Of a stretch of DNA of 64,000 nt, positions 1 to 12,377 are shown piece after piece. The translations under genes were made by a program, and so were the position numbers. Source of the stretch: Massalongia carnosa (Eukaryota); NCBI GenBank assembly GCA_965645245.1, contig OZ287085.1:1674001-1738000 (forward strand), given 5' to 3'. Numbering within the stretch: the first letter of the stretch is position 1; each line of letters opens with the position of its first letter. The notes below the pieces were generated by a model. It saw only the letters and a program-made list of their open reading frames with translations, did no database searches and was not told the origin of the DNA.

Positions 1-3
1 TGC

Positions 4-3000
4 CTATCATGGCCCTAAAGGCCTTGAACCTTGCTGGTGGTAGCGGCTTTGTCATCCCATCTGCTATCATTTCATTCGTTGAAATGTATGTGATGATTAT
101 CTTTCGGTCTAGTACAACTTCCCTTATCCAATGATGTCGTACGTCAATATGCTTTGTTCGTTTATGGAACTCTGGGTTAGCGGTAAGGTCAATCGCCCCC
201 TTGTTGTCTGCTCGGAGGTCTGCTGGTTGGTCAGGTCGTCTGTGCCCGAGGGCCTCGAGGAAGCGAGAGCACCATAAGGCCTCCTTCCCTGCTTCAGTGA
301 TCGCCATATACTCAGCTTCGCATGAAGACAGAGCGACGGTCGGTTGTTGTTTTGATTGGTGAGAAATTGGACAGCCCGCAAGCATCCAAACGTACCCACC
401 GGTCGACTTTCTTCCATCTACGGTCCCCGCCCAATCAGAGTCAGTGTATCCGATTAGTTCATCCGGAGAGTCAGCCGAAAATGTCAGTCCTATGGTCAGT
501 GTCCCTGCTAAATAGCGGAAGATTTGTTTGACTAGCTGTATGTGGGTGGGTCCGGGGTTGCTGCAATAGCGGCTGAGGACTCCCACAGAATAAGATATTT
601 CGGGTCGGGTATGGACTGCTGGCCACATCAGTGATCCAATTGCTGACTGATACCAGGCCACAGTGGCTTTGTCCGCCACCTGTTTTGAGGGTAGAAGGGA
701 GCTTGCTACTCCCGGATCCATTGGTATGGAGGATGATTTGCAGTCGGTCATTCCGAAACGTGCCAGAACCTTCTTAAGGTAGGTGGTTTGTCGAAGGGTT
801 ATGGTTTTTCCCACGTCAACGTCAATTTCCATTCCCAAATAGTGGGACACGTCACCCAGGTCCGTCATTTTGAATCGGTCAGAGAGTTCCTTTTGTATGA
901 ACTCGAGGCGGGGTATGTCCGCCCCAAAGAGTAGTAGGTCGTCGACATAAATTGCTATGAATTGCTTCTTGTCATCAGAAACAAATACTCCATGATCAAG
1001 TTCCAAGCGATGAAATCCTAGTTTCTTCAGGAAATCAACAAGGGTCTGGTACCACACTTGTAGCGATTGTTTCAGTCCCTAAAGTGCTTTGATTAGCTTG
1101 CAGACTAAATGGGGGGTGGTAATGAATAGATGAGGATGTTCAACATAGATCAATTCGTCGAGGTAGCCATAAAGGAAGGCAGTCACCACATCCATGTGAC
1201 GTACGATAAACCCTCGTTTGACCCCAACACCCATCATTGCTTTGTATGACATGGGCTTGACCACTGCAGCGAAAGTGTCTATTTAGTCTAGACCTTCTTC
1301 CTGCTTATAGCCATGAACCACCCATCGTGCTTTGTATTTTAGGATATTTCCATGTCGATCCTTTTTCAGTTTGAAAACCCACCGTCCGGTGATTACCCGT
1401 CGGTCTTTTGGTGCTTCGGTCAACTCCCACGTGCCATTTCGGTATGAGATTCAATTTCGGTCTTCATGGCCTCCATCCATTTGGGCCAATCAGGCCTAGC
1501 CATAGCCTCTTTGAGCGAGAGGGGTTCGTCTGGTCCTTCATTATCAATGTTGTTTGCAAGCATGGTTAGTGCCTTCATCATATGTATGTGGGATTTTGCC
1601 ACGTTTGTGCTAGTGAAGTTAGTTCGTTTCGGTAGCCTACCTGGTCCATAAAAAATTTCATCAGGATATTGTGCTCGTTTGACTGGTGCCCGCTTGGACC
1701 TTCTCAATGGAACATGGTCAGAGGTGGAAGAATTGTGGCCTTCCGAGGCCTCGGGGGCCTCGGGGTCGGTGGCCTCGGCCTCGTGGTTGGTGGCCTCGGG
1801 GTCGTGGGGCAGACTATCATAGTTTCCCGCTCCATAATTTTCTTCGACATTTCCCCCTTCTGACTTTGTTTGTTGTGAATCTCCCACTGAATTTTGGTGT
1901 GAATGTTCCCTGTTTTGAGGAGAACCGGGGGGTGTAGGTAGGTGAGGTTTATTTGACCGAGGAGTGTAATAGTCCTCGGGTTTGTTATTTCCCTCGTCGT
2001 CAAAATCGTCTGGATTTCCGAACTGATCATCGTCTGTTTGTGCCCATTCGTCATCAACAAGCTCGTTTGATTTGTAGGCTTTCCGGTCAAATAGGTTCCT
2101 TTCATCAATAGTTACGTCTCTAGTAACATGAACTTTGCCTGTGCAGGGGTCATATATCCGGTACTGATTGGTGCCTTCATAGCCCACATGGATGCTCTGC
2201 CAGGACCGTTCGTCTAGCTTCTTTCGCTTTTCCTTGGGAATATGAACCCAAGCACGTGCACCCAACACTCTTAGATGACCGAGGTTAGGCTTTTTATTGT
2301 TTAGTTTCTCATATGGTGTCACCCCGTCCGTGTTAGGACTTCTGTTCTTCAGATAACACACTGCTTTGATGATTTCAGGCCATAGGCCCTTCGGTAATTT
2401 CATTGCTGATAAGATGGACCGGACTGAACTCATCAGAGTATAATTCAATCGCTCGGCTTTTCCATTTTGTTCGGGTGTGTATGGGGCACTGCATTTCCAT
2501 CTGATGTGTTGTTTCTTAAGATAGTCCTGAAAGGCTTCATTGTCATATTCACCTCCCCCATCCGAATGGAGTGCTCCCATCTGCATGCCAGTTTCCTGAG
2601 ACGTCCATTCGATATATTCCTTTGCCTTCTCAAAGGCCTGGCTCTTTAGCTTCATTGGATAAACATGGTACGTTCCAGTGGCATCATCTTTGAAAGATAT
2701 GTAATATTGTAACCCGTTTCTGGAGGCCGGGTATGGGCCTCCCAAATCACTATGAACCTCTTCAAGGAATTTTGAAGCTCGGGGCATGGGAGTTCGTGAC
2801 GGCTTACGTTGCTGTCTACCCTTCATACAGGGTGTCATGGTGTGAGCGCGAGATGCTCTGCTAAGCGATACCTCCCGACACGCTAAATTATTTAGGTATC
2901 GCGTTAGCCTTAGTGGGGAGCTACCCGCATTCAGGTAAGGAAATGGGTTCCGGGAGTTACATGGAAAATCTCTGCAGCAATTGATGCTTTCTTCCTTGTG

Positions 3001-4700
3001 TTCGTCTTATCTATTAGTATAGTCATAGCTAGCAATGCCACCACCTTCACCACCTGAATAGGCCCCCCCCGTTGCCGCCTCGTCACACAGGGCCCACAAA
3101 TTTCCTCTGGGACCGGCCCTTTCACCTCAATTCCTTCAGCTATTTGTGGAAGTTTGAGGATGTTTCGATAACTAAGGTGGCCCATTCTTTGATGCCATAT
3201 TTCAATGGTTGGTTTAATTGCATTCACTACTGGTTTAGTGTTTGCGAAGTTCGTCTGCATAATCTCCGGGTTTTTAATCCGAAGAACATATTGTCGATTG
3301 ATAACGTCAGCTAGTCCGTGGATTTAGTTCTCATGAATTAATTGAGTAGGAACATTCGTACGTCTCAGGAACACCTCGAAACCTTTCATTACAAGGGGAA
3401 CTGTGCTCAGTAAATTGTGGCCTAGGGCCGGTGCCCAGCTTACATCTTTTACTGTCAGGACATTTATTGATCCGTCCTCCTTAATCATATTTAGGACTAC
3501 GTCACCATACCCGAAGGCAGGAAGAACTTGCCCCGAGCCCGTTTGGAACTCATGGTAGTACTCAGTGTAGGTGGTAAAAAAGCCTCGGTTTGAGAAGAAA
3601 TGGTCGGTGGCCCCAGAGTCTATGATTACGTAGGGGTTTAGATTTGGAATGACTGCGGCCACTGACTTACACGTCAAATGAAAGGCCCCCATTCCTTTCT
3701 TCTCTTCGACCTCATTGGTCGGTGTAATCGGTATGATCTTTCTGCTAAAGCAAGATAGCCCTTTGGTGGTTGCCTCTGGGGTGGTCGCCTCACTTTCCTG
3801 GTTCGTCTTGTTCTTTTTACAGAACTTCTTGATGTGGCCACGTTTACCATACCCATTACACTCCGCTTTGTCCATCCAGCAATCACCTTTTCCATGCGTT
3901 TTCTTGCACCTGGTGCAGACATATGTGTCTTTGCTGTCGGAAGTGTTATTGGATTTGGAGTTGGAGTTCTCCCCCGGCTTTTTCTTTTTACCGGAGTCCC
4001 CACCTTTCTTTCCTTTCTGCGTGTAGTTCGCGGTTGCTTTGTCCTGATTGGCTTGTCAAAACTCTTCATCCTCCAAGGCCTTTGCTAGGACCTCGAGTGT
4101 TGGAAGTTCTGCTTTCTCCCTCGACTCATGGCTGAGGATGGCCAGGTAGGACTTGAACTGAGTGTCTAATGAATTTAGGGTATGAATTATGACCGCCTCG
4201 TCCATGGTTATTTTTAGGTCACTTATTTCAGAGTTAATGTCCCTAATTTTACTGATGAACTCGGCCACGTTCTTGCAGTCCCGTTGGTGGATGGAGTGCA
4301 ACTTTCCGAGTGTATTCCATTTTGATGCCCAATTTTGTAACGTGTATCGCGATTGTAGGTGGTCCCATAGCTCTTTTGGAGTCTATCTAGCGAGTGTGTT
4401 TTTGGATAGGAATTCTTTCTGGACGGTCTCGGTGCACATTCGCCCAATTTTCGCTACCGTACGGCGCGAGTCATCGTTGAAGTATTTGATTTTAAGGGAC
4501 CGCTGGTAAATTCGTTCGGCCCTTTCTTCATCATCATTTGTGGTCGCTACCAATGTTGGAGGCGGAATAGCCGTTCCTAGAACATGATCCCATAGCTTAG
4601 CTTCCTCCAACGCAAAAGACATGTCGCGAGTCCATTGCTTGTAATTGATTGAACCGGTCAGCTTTTTAAAGCTATACTCATACTCTGCATCAGATCCCAT
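4..4700 (-). pseudogene. Copia gag-pol polyprotein, fragmented
   Basis: ORFs 4383-4760, 4056-4301, 3324-3875, 2931-3260, 1420-2838 (VHSDLGGP..SDGGGEY..TPEQNGKAER) and 1079-1264 (DVVTAFLYG). Confidence 0.92.
2833..3087. mobile_element. Solo LTR inserted in the Copia integrase Zn finger
   Basis: TGTCA..TCACA flanked by 5-bp TSD CAGGG (2828-32, 3088-92). Removing it restores EEICGPCMKGRQQ. Confidence 0.9.
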
Positions 4701-5024
4701 GGCTGCGGTACTGAAATATGATTGGTTCGGTCGGGTCTGGCCGATCTGGTGCGTCTGCACCGTTTGGTGGGGGTCGAAGCAAAAATTGACTGGCTGGTCG
4801 ACTATTTGCTTGTTTGGGGTCGCAGGAACGCTGACTGGTTGGTCAATTACCTGATTAGAATATATTCGTAGTGACTATGTAATTGTAATGCAGGTACGCA
4901 TCCGGGCTCATAACCTGTTGAAACTTGAGACGGTTGATTGTTCTATAGATGGAGAAGAGTGGCTAATATACATTCAGCTGACTAAGCATAGAAACTTCCA
5001 GAACTAGGGCAGTGCAATTCAACA

Positions 5025-5225
5025 TGTTGATGTTACGCTAAACATTAGCCTAACGGACAAGTGTCAGGCAGTTGGTGACTGCTGGGCCGGAATGGGCCTA
5101 GGGTAGTTTATCCGATATGGGTGCTCAAAAGGACCCACGATAGAATTAATCAAAACTATTCCTTCTAAATATTCGTACATGCACTATAGTGATCAACAAC
5201 TCACTTCAACAGGTTATGAGCCCGG
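5025..5225 (+). repeat. Copia 5' LTR of a second family (B), plus PBS
   Basis: TGTTGA..TCAACA at 5025-5211, followed immediately by GGTTATGAGCCCGG (complement of the tRNA-iMet anticodon arm). Confidence 0.85.
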
Positions 5226-5314
5226 CTTTGCGCTTTACCCAAATAACCTACGGCGGTTCCCTCATGAGTGCAATGCTCATGTTGTAACGGAAGACCTGCT
5301 GCGCTGCAGGCACT

Positions 5315-5553
5315 GAAAGACCTGCACGACCGCAGGCAACGAAAGTCCTGCAACGACCGCAGGCAACGAAAGACCTGCAACGACCGCAGGCAACGAAAGA
5401 CCTGCAACGACCGCAGGCAACGAAAGAGCTGCAACGACCGCAGGCAACGAAAGTCCTGCAACGACCGCAGGCAACGAAGACCTGCAACGACCGCAGGCAA
5501 CGAAAGACCTGCAACGACGCAGGCCACGAAAGACCTACGCACGGGTAGGCAAC
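5315..5553 (+). repeat. Tandem array, ~9 x 27 bp (GAAAGACCTGCAACGACCGCAGGCAAC)
   Basis: Directly visible. Each unit holds a CCTGC..GCAGG inverted repeat. No spacers. Confidence 0.95.
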
Positions 5554-5765
5554 AGACCAATCCCACAGCACTCTTTCCGATTTCTACCCACGTGGGAAAG
5601 GTGGTTTGGCCGGTTTTAATGAGGCTGTCAAGGGCAATAAGTCAAGGATGGGATTCGGGTTCAGAGGGAGCTACATCAGGAACTAAAGCATCAGAGGGAG
5701 CAGACTGCCATCGACGCCGGGATAGCTTCAGCGAGGTGAATAAGACCTATGGCAGTGAGAGGGAG

Positions 5766-5874
5766 TGTTGAATTGCACTGCCCTAGTTCTGGAAGTTTCT
5801 ATGCTTAGCCAGCCGAATGTATATTAGCCACTCTTCTCCCTCTATAGAACAATCAACCGTCTCAAGTTTCAACA
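5766..5874 (+). repeat. Family A LTR (3' type) preceded by a polypurine tract
   Basis: Reverse complement of 4916-5024 with 3 differences in 109 bp. GAGAGGGAG lies directly upstream. Confidence 0.92.
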
Positions 5875-6567
5875 GTAAGCAGTCTAGAACGTACTAACAA
5901 CTAATCCAAAGCTGTGTGGCAAGGTGGCGTTGTGGTAAGATAGCGTTCTGTCAAGGTGGCGATGTGGCAACCTCGACGGACTTCATACTACGGCTTGGCT
6001 CATGCTAGTTAATCCCGCATCCGCCCTAGGCGATCGTGTATCCCTCTAGCGCCATCCGTATTAAAATTGCCTCCCCTCTAGGACGCGAGCTCCGCCGAGC
6101 GTGTAGTGGATAGTAACGACACGTTAGGTGGGTGGTGTGATGTGTATCGCAGGCGGTGAAAAACCTCCTTCCTTGAATGATAGCAAGGAGGAAAACCGGC
6201 CTCCGAAGTCAATGAAAAACCTCCCAACCCAGTGGGAACTGATGAGGAAAACCGACTTGTCGAGATCGATGAAATACCCTAAAACCCTGATAAGACAACG
6301 GGAGAACATAGGGAAAACTGACTTCTCAAGATCGACGAAAAACCCTTAAACCCTGATAAGATAACGGGAAAACGAAGGGAAAACTTTTCCTAGACTCCAT
6401 AGCAGGTGGTAGGAGAGAAACCCCGAGGCTTCTACTTCTTCGCCTTCTCGCTCGGAGTGCTGGTAGCTGGTCGGCCGCGTTTCCGCTTGCTTTTAGGCTT
6501 AACGGTCGGCTTAGCCATTGTCGGTGCGGTGTCCATAGGAGGAGAGGTTGCTGTCGGCTTGGTGGGG

Positions 6568-9500
6568 TGTCAGGCGATTAGGGGTCACATGACCCACGAA
6601 CCCCTATGAGATATCCCTCAGTTAGCTAGCCTAGACCTCCCATAGATCAATACACACCACTCCTTTTCACCCATATTCCACATTAGCCCATACAGCTTGA
6701 TAGTTATGAGCCCGGAGAGCATAGGAGCTTCAATTCCTACTCTTTTATTTAGTTGAACAAAACCCTCTTCCCAAAACGATTCAACAAAACGATCAAAATG
6801 GAGGAGACCAACAAAGCAATGATGATCGCCCTAACTCCCAAGAATTATCATCTATGGATTAGGGAATTACAAGGAATATCCGAGAAAGCGAAGGTATGGC
6901 AATATGTTGAACCCAATGGTTCAAAACCGGAGCCCGAAGAGGGAGAATATCCGGAAGTTTCACAATATCAAGTCCCTATTCAAGCAAAGGAGCAGGTGGA
7001 ATTGCTTACCCTATTATAGAAGGTGGAGTTGTAATAGCCACGAAATCGGCTGAGAAATACGGCGATTTATCGGCTGAGCAAAAGGAGGACTATAAAATAG
7101 AGATATCAGCCTATAAGATGAAGGAAAAACAGGTGGAAAAGGTCGCCCAAGGACTCAGAATAGTAGACAATGCACTAAAGAGCTCCGCACGAGCATACAT
7201 CCCCCCCAATAAGATGGCTTCATCGGTTAGGGAAATAGTGAAAATTCTGGCTGCAAGATATAAGCGGTCAGATGACCAAGTCATAGAGCAATTGCATGAG
7301 CAATTTCTAGCCCTAAAAACCCCGCCCATTAAAGGTAAAATAGAGGCATGGGTAGCTGATTGGGAGAATATTAAGGGACAAATTGTTGAGCTCAATGTAA
7401 CGGGCCTATTTGGCTCCGAGACAATATTCATAAATGAATTTCTCCAATCAGGAAAGAAATCGGCGCCCAGTTTCTGTGAAAACTGGGTAATGCAGCATAG
7501 GGCTGCTAAGACGACGGTTGAATTTTACGAGACAACCAGGGAATATCGTTTAGTCGTGGAATCATTCTTGAATGAGGCACAATCAACGTCTAGAAATCAA
7601 GCTAATGCAGCCTCGGTGCAGGGGCAAATGCAAGACGAAAATAAAGGTCCGGGGCCTAGCCAATCAAGTCAATGGAATGGCCAATCAAAAGAGGCCAGAT
7701 TCAAGGATAGAAAGTGCGTATGTGGGAAAATACACCGGTTCAGGCTATGCCTATATATCGTCAAATCAGCTTGCACCCCTGCATAGAAGGAAGATAAAAC
7801 CGTACGCAATGAAATACGTCAGAAAATTCAGTCAAACATTCGGTTTTTCATGGCCATTAAGAAGGTCACCGACATCAACATACTAGATAGAATAACTGAG
7901 GAGTCAGTCAAAAAGAGCTCCAAAAAAGCAAAGAATGATCAAGATAATCAGGCAATCATATTGAATTGCCTAGTCAATCGTTCTCGTTTGCGAACGTTAT
8001 ATCTAGGGCAAATAACCCCTTGCATAAAAGCGTCATCTTTGACTCTGGATGCGATAACCCTCTGACCTATGATAAATCACGGTTTATAGGAGAGATAACC
8101 CCAACTTCGTCAGAAATGTGGGTGGACACCCCCGACGGGGAGATGAAAATCCATGGTCATGGCATAATGAGGGTAAATAGCCTATTGAATGGCCAGAAAG
8201 GGAGCTATTATTCGAAGGAACAGCTTATATTCCTGATTCATAAGTGACGTTGTTCGGCCAATAATTTGAAAAAACGAGGCTTTTTCGGGGATATGTTCAC
8301 TGATACCCTTATAGTTAAGGAGACAGGGCAACAAATATGTGAAATAAAGGAGCACTATGGGCTCTCAATCATAGAATATAACCCTGAATCCATAGATATA
8401 GGGTTTGCTAACTCAGTGCAGCCACGCGATACGTCAAAAGCAACTCCATGGAAATGGCATCTCGCCTCGGTCATTGCAGGCCAGAGGTGATTGACCAGCT
8501 AAAGAAGATCGATGAGGTTACAGTTTCAAAAGGCGTAGGGGGTGAAAACGAACCAAGGACAATTCAATGCGAAACGTGTGCAGTCTCCAAAATGCATAGA
8601 GTCATCAATAAAGCTCCGTCAGGGTGTGCCATCAAGCCATATCAGGTGCTTTATTTTGACCTAACCATCAATGATAAGGGCTTCGATGGAACGAGCTGTA
8701 TAGCTCATTTTACGGACGAATTTACCTCATATTTATCGGTTTATCCATTGAATGATCATAAGGAAAAGACCCTATTGCCCATCTTCAAAAGCTTGATCAA
8801 TCAATGCGAAAGAGCTGGCATTTCCGTTAATTCAATGGTAACCACGATTCGCACGGGGCAAGAAATATCAATAGGAAAAGCCCCAGAAGTATGGATCAGT
8901 CAGTAAGGCATAGAATGGTCATGGTCAGCAAAGAATACCCCTGTCATGAAACGGCTTCGAACCAAAAGGATCTCGGCCTTATCCCTAGTTGCCCCCTCTA
9001 TCCTGTCCCTACCTACCGTACCGCAGGTTCATTGGAGCTACCGCGGGTTAATTGGACCTAACGCAGGTTCATTGGACCTAACGCAGGTTCATTGGAACTA
9101 GCGCAGGTTCGTTGGACCTACCGCGGGTTCATTGGACCTACCACAGCTTCATTTGTCAGTGCGCGCTATTCCAACCTTTCTCGATGCGGTTAGATCGAGT
9201 ACGGCTCCGCCTCCGATCTTCGAAACCATAATTACCCGGTTCCCATTAGGTGTCTTCGTATTAACTTAGGAAAAGGAGATGAATAGGAGACATCGAAGAT
9301 CAAGGAAACAAAGGGGTAAGGAGGTGAGGAACAGATATAAAAGAAGGGGTCGAGTCTCGAAAGTTCTGGCTCCTTGTCCGACGTCTTGAATAGCCAATCT
9401 AACCTAGCTGTAGCTATAGACTTAGTCAATTAGAAAGCTTGACCATCCAATCCAGTCCCTTGATAACCCCTGAGCAAAATGGCGTTTCGGAGCGTTTCGA

Positions 9501-12377
9501 AGCCCTATTAACAGAAAAAGCTCGATGCATCAGGGAATATGCAAAAATGCCAAAAGACCTGTATCCGGAGTGCTATTTAGCTGCAGCCCCTCTGATGAAT
9601 CGAACCCCTAACAAAGCTCTGGAATGGGACTCCCTATTGGTCAAATTGCAGAAAGTGACCAATCCGGGTCAATCAGTCAGATACGAGCTGGCTCATCTAA
9701 AAGTGTTTGGTTGCAAGGCGTATCCATTGCTATAGGGGCCGATGGTCCTCCTAAAAGCAATAAGTTGAAACCTAGGGCATTCGTTGGCTAGTTGGTTGGC
9801 TATGATTCAACCAATATCTTCAGGATATGGAATCCAGAATAGGGAGATATCAGCGGTTATAGAGACGTCATATTCAACGAAGATGAGCTTTATAGCGCCT
9901 ATACGTCGAATAAGGAGCTATTGCTAAGGGAGACTGAAAAAGCGAGCTTTATAGAGTTTCATGTAGTTGAACCACGCCCCGTATTTCAGGAGATAGATAG
10001 TGAGGAAGAAGAATGGCTAGACTTATCAGTCAATAAGCGTATAGAGTAATTGACCATAGAAGATAACTCACCTAGTCAGGAGGAAATACAGGAGAAAATA
10101 ACTCGCTCATCAATGCCCATGCCACTGGAAACGCCGATAGAAACACCTGGACCAGATATCAGCTCTAATGTCTCCATAGATAAAAGAAGGGCCAAAAAGG
10201 TGAGGGCATCAACAATTGACCCTCCACAACTCCCGCAAACGGGCCGAACGCCCCTCAATGTGACGGAAATAGAGCAATCATCAGGAAAAAGGAGCGATGG
10301 GATAAATAAGGCAAACGTTATAGAGGGAAAACGTACTAGGAAACCAAACCCGAGATACGCTGCAAATAGAGCTTGGTCAGCAGAAGAAATGTCGAAATTC
10401 CCTCAATTTCATACAGCGTTTATGGCGGGGACGGCAAGAATGACTAATCAGCTCAGAACTGATAATTTGCCCGACCCCCCATCTCATTGGCGAGCTCTGC
10501 TAAGGCATCCCTATACAGATGAGTTCATGAAAGCAGCTAACGTTGAATGGGAGGCACTTTTCCACAAAGAAACATGGGAAATAGTTGATCAAGATGAGGC
10601 TATACAGCCAATAATGCCCCTCAAATGGGTTTTCACCTATAAGACTGATTCGGACGGCTATTTGGCAAAGTTCAAAGCCCGTCTAGTGGTTATAGGTGAC
10701 CTATAGCAAGATAATGCTCAAGATGTTTATGCAGCTACATTAGCCTTCAAGGTGTTTAGGGTATTAATGGCATTAGTTGCTGCATTCGGGCTGAAAACGA
10801 GGTAGTTGGACGCTATTAAAGCCTTTCTAAACGCACACAATGACGAGCATATTTACTGCTTTTCGCCTGATGGTTTTAAGCTTAGAAAGAAGGTGCTAAA
10901 AGTGAAAAAAGCGCTATATAGCCAAAGAAAATCACCCCTTCTATGGCTACGAATGCTAATAGGCAAATGCATAGAACTAGGGTTAAAACAGGTGCCAGGC
11001 GAACCATGCCTATTCTATACGGAGGGAATCATACTATTCTTCTATGTGGACGAAATAGTAATGGCGTATCGGCCCGAAAAAGAAGCCGAAGTCGAGGAAT
11101 ATGTGCAACGTTTCATGAAGATGATCGAAATACGGGATATGGGTCTATTAACCTAATTTCTAGGCCTAGGGGTCATTCATAAAATAAAAGAAAAGACGAT
11201 CCACTTGATTCAGGACTCCTATATGAACAAATTAGCCAAGGAATATGAAATAGATGAAAAGTCGGAGGCTAAAACACCTCTAACGCCCATATTTAATGAA
11301 GAACTGGCGCCATATGAGGGGGAGGTGGATCCGGCCAGAATGCATCTATATAGGAAGAAAGTTGGATCAATATGCTACCCAGCTATTATGACTCGGCCAG
11401 ATATAGCAAAATCAGCTTCAAAATTAGCTGAATATCTGACCAACCCGGGACCTAGTCATATGAGGGCTGCAGACCATTGCCTACATTATCTATATAGGAC
11501 GAAATATCTGGGAATCGAGTACTCGGCCAAAGGGGGCGGTGAAATCACTACTATTGCAAACCATGGACCGGTTCCGGCTAATAAGCAGGTTTTTGAGGCA
11601 ACCGCTGATGAATCCTATGCAAATAACCCAGATAGGAAAAGCTCCGAGGGCTATATATTCAAGCTTTTTTGGTGGGATGATTGACTGGGCCGCTAGGAAG
11701 CAACTGACCGTGACCACGTCAACAACTGAGGCCAAGTTATTGTCTATGCTTCATGCGGGAAAAGAGCTCATATGGTGGATACATCTATTTGAAAAGCTAC
11801 AATTTAACCCGGATCAAGATATAGTTATCTATAACGATAACCTACAGACAATTCGCATTTTAACCTCCGAAATGGGAAAAACTGACACTGAATTGAGGCA
11901 TATAGACGTCGCCCAAAGCTGGCTTAGGCAATCTGTGCAAAGGGGGGAATTATGTGTTGACTATGTGCCGACCAATCAGATGGTCGCAGATGGTTTAACC
12001 AAGATCCTACCTCCTCAAAAGCATCAACATTTCGTCAAGCTATTAGAGCTAGTCAATGCCATGGACCTGGTCAACAATCAGAAGAAATTGGCCAATCAGT
12101 AGAAGGGAAATACGGCCACAAATTGAATCGGCCAAAACCACTAGAAATCAAGGTAAAACATGGAAATTTTCACCTAATATAGGTTTTTCAGTCATGGCAG
12201 CTTTAGTCGAAGCTGGGGTGGTGTGTCAGGCGATTAGGGGTCACATGACCCGCCATGGGTCACATGACCCACGAACCCCTATGAGATATCCCTCAGTTAG
12301 CTAGCCTAGACCTCCCATAGATCAATACACACCACTCCTTTTCACCCATATTCCACATTAGCCCATACAGCTTGATA
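6568..12377 (+). mobile_element. Full-length degenerate Ty1/Copia element
   Basis: LTRs 6568-6702 and 12224-12377, TSD TGGGG, PBS GTTATGAGCCCGG. Fragments of gag, protease (IFDSGC), integrase, RT (FYVDE) and RNase H, with many stops. Confidence 0.95.
8942..9465 (+). mobile_element. Solo LTR (Gypsy G2-related) with an internal ~20-bp tandem array
   Basis: TGTCATGAAA..CTTGATA with TSD ACCCC. Removing it restores integrase NTPEQNG. CGCAGGTTCATTGGACCTA repeats at ~9020-9150. Confidence 0.9.

Larger units (their letters stand above)
1..5024 (-). mobile_element. Ty1/Copia LTR retrotransposon, family A (3' LTR outside the window), degenerate
   Basis: 5' LTR 4916-5024 (TGTTG..CAACA) and PBS GGTTATGAGCCCGG at 4902-4915(-). 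Gag, protease (IIDSGATDH), GAG-pre-integrase, integrase, RT and RNase H (YTDSDWAG..KHIDVR) run leftward to the window edge with frameshifts. Confidence 0.95.

Noticed and set aside
4902..4915. tRNA-Met gene (GGGCTCATAACC)
   Set aside because: Only the PBS match next to LTRs; no cloverleaf.
5315..5553. CRISPR-like palindromic repeats
   Set aside because: Head-to-tail units with no unique spacers and no cas genes; located in a retrotransposon leader.
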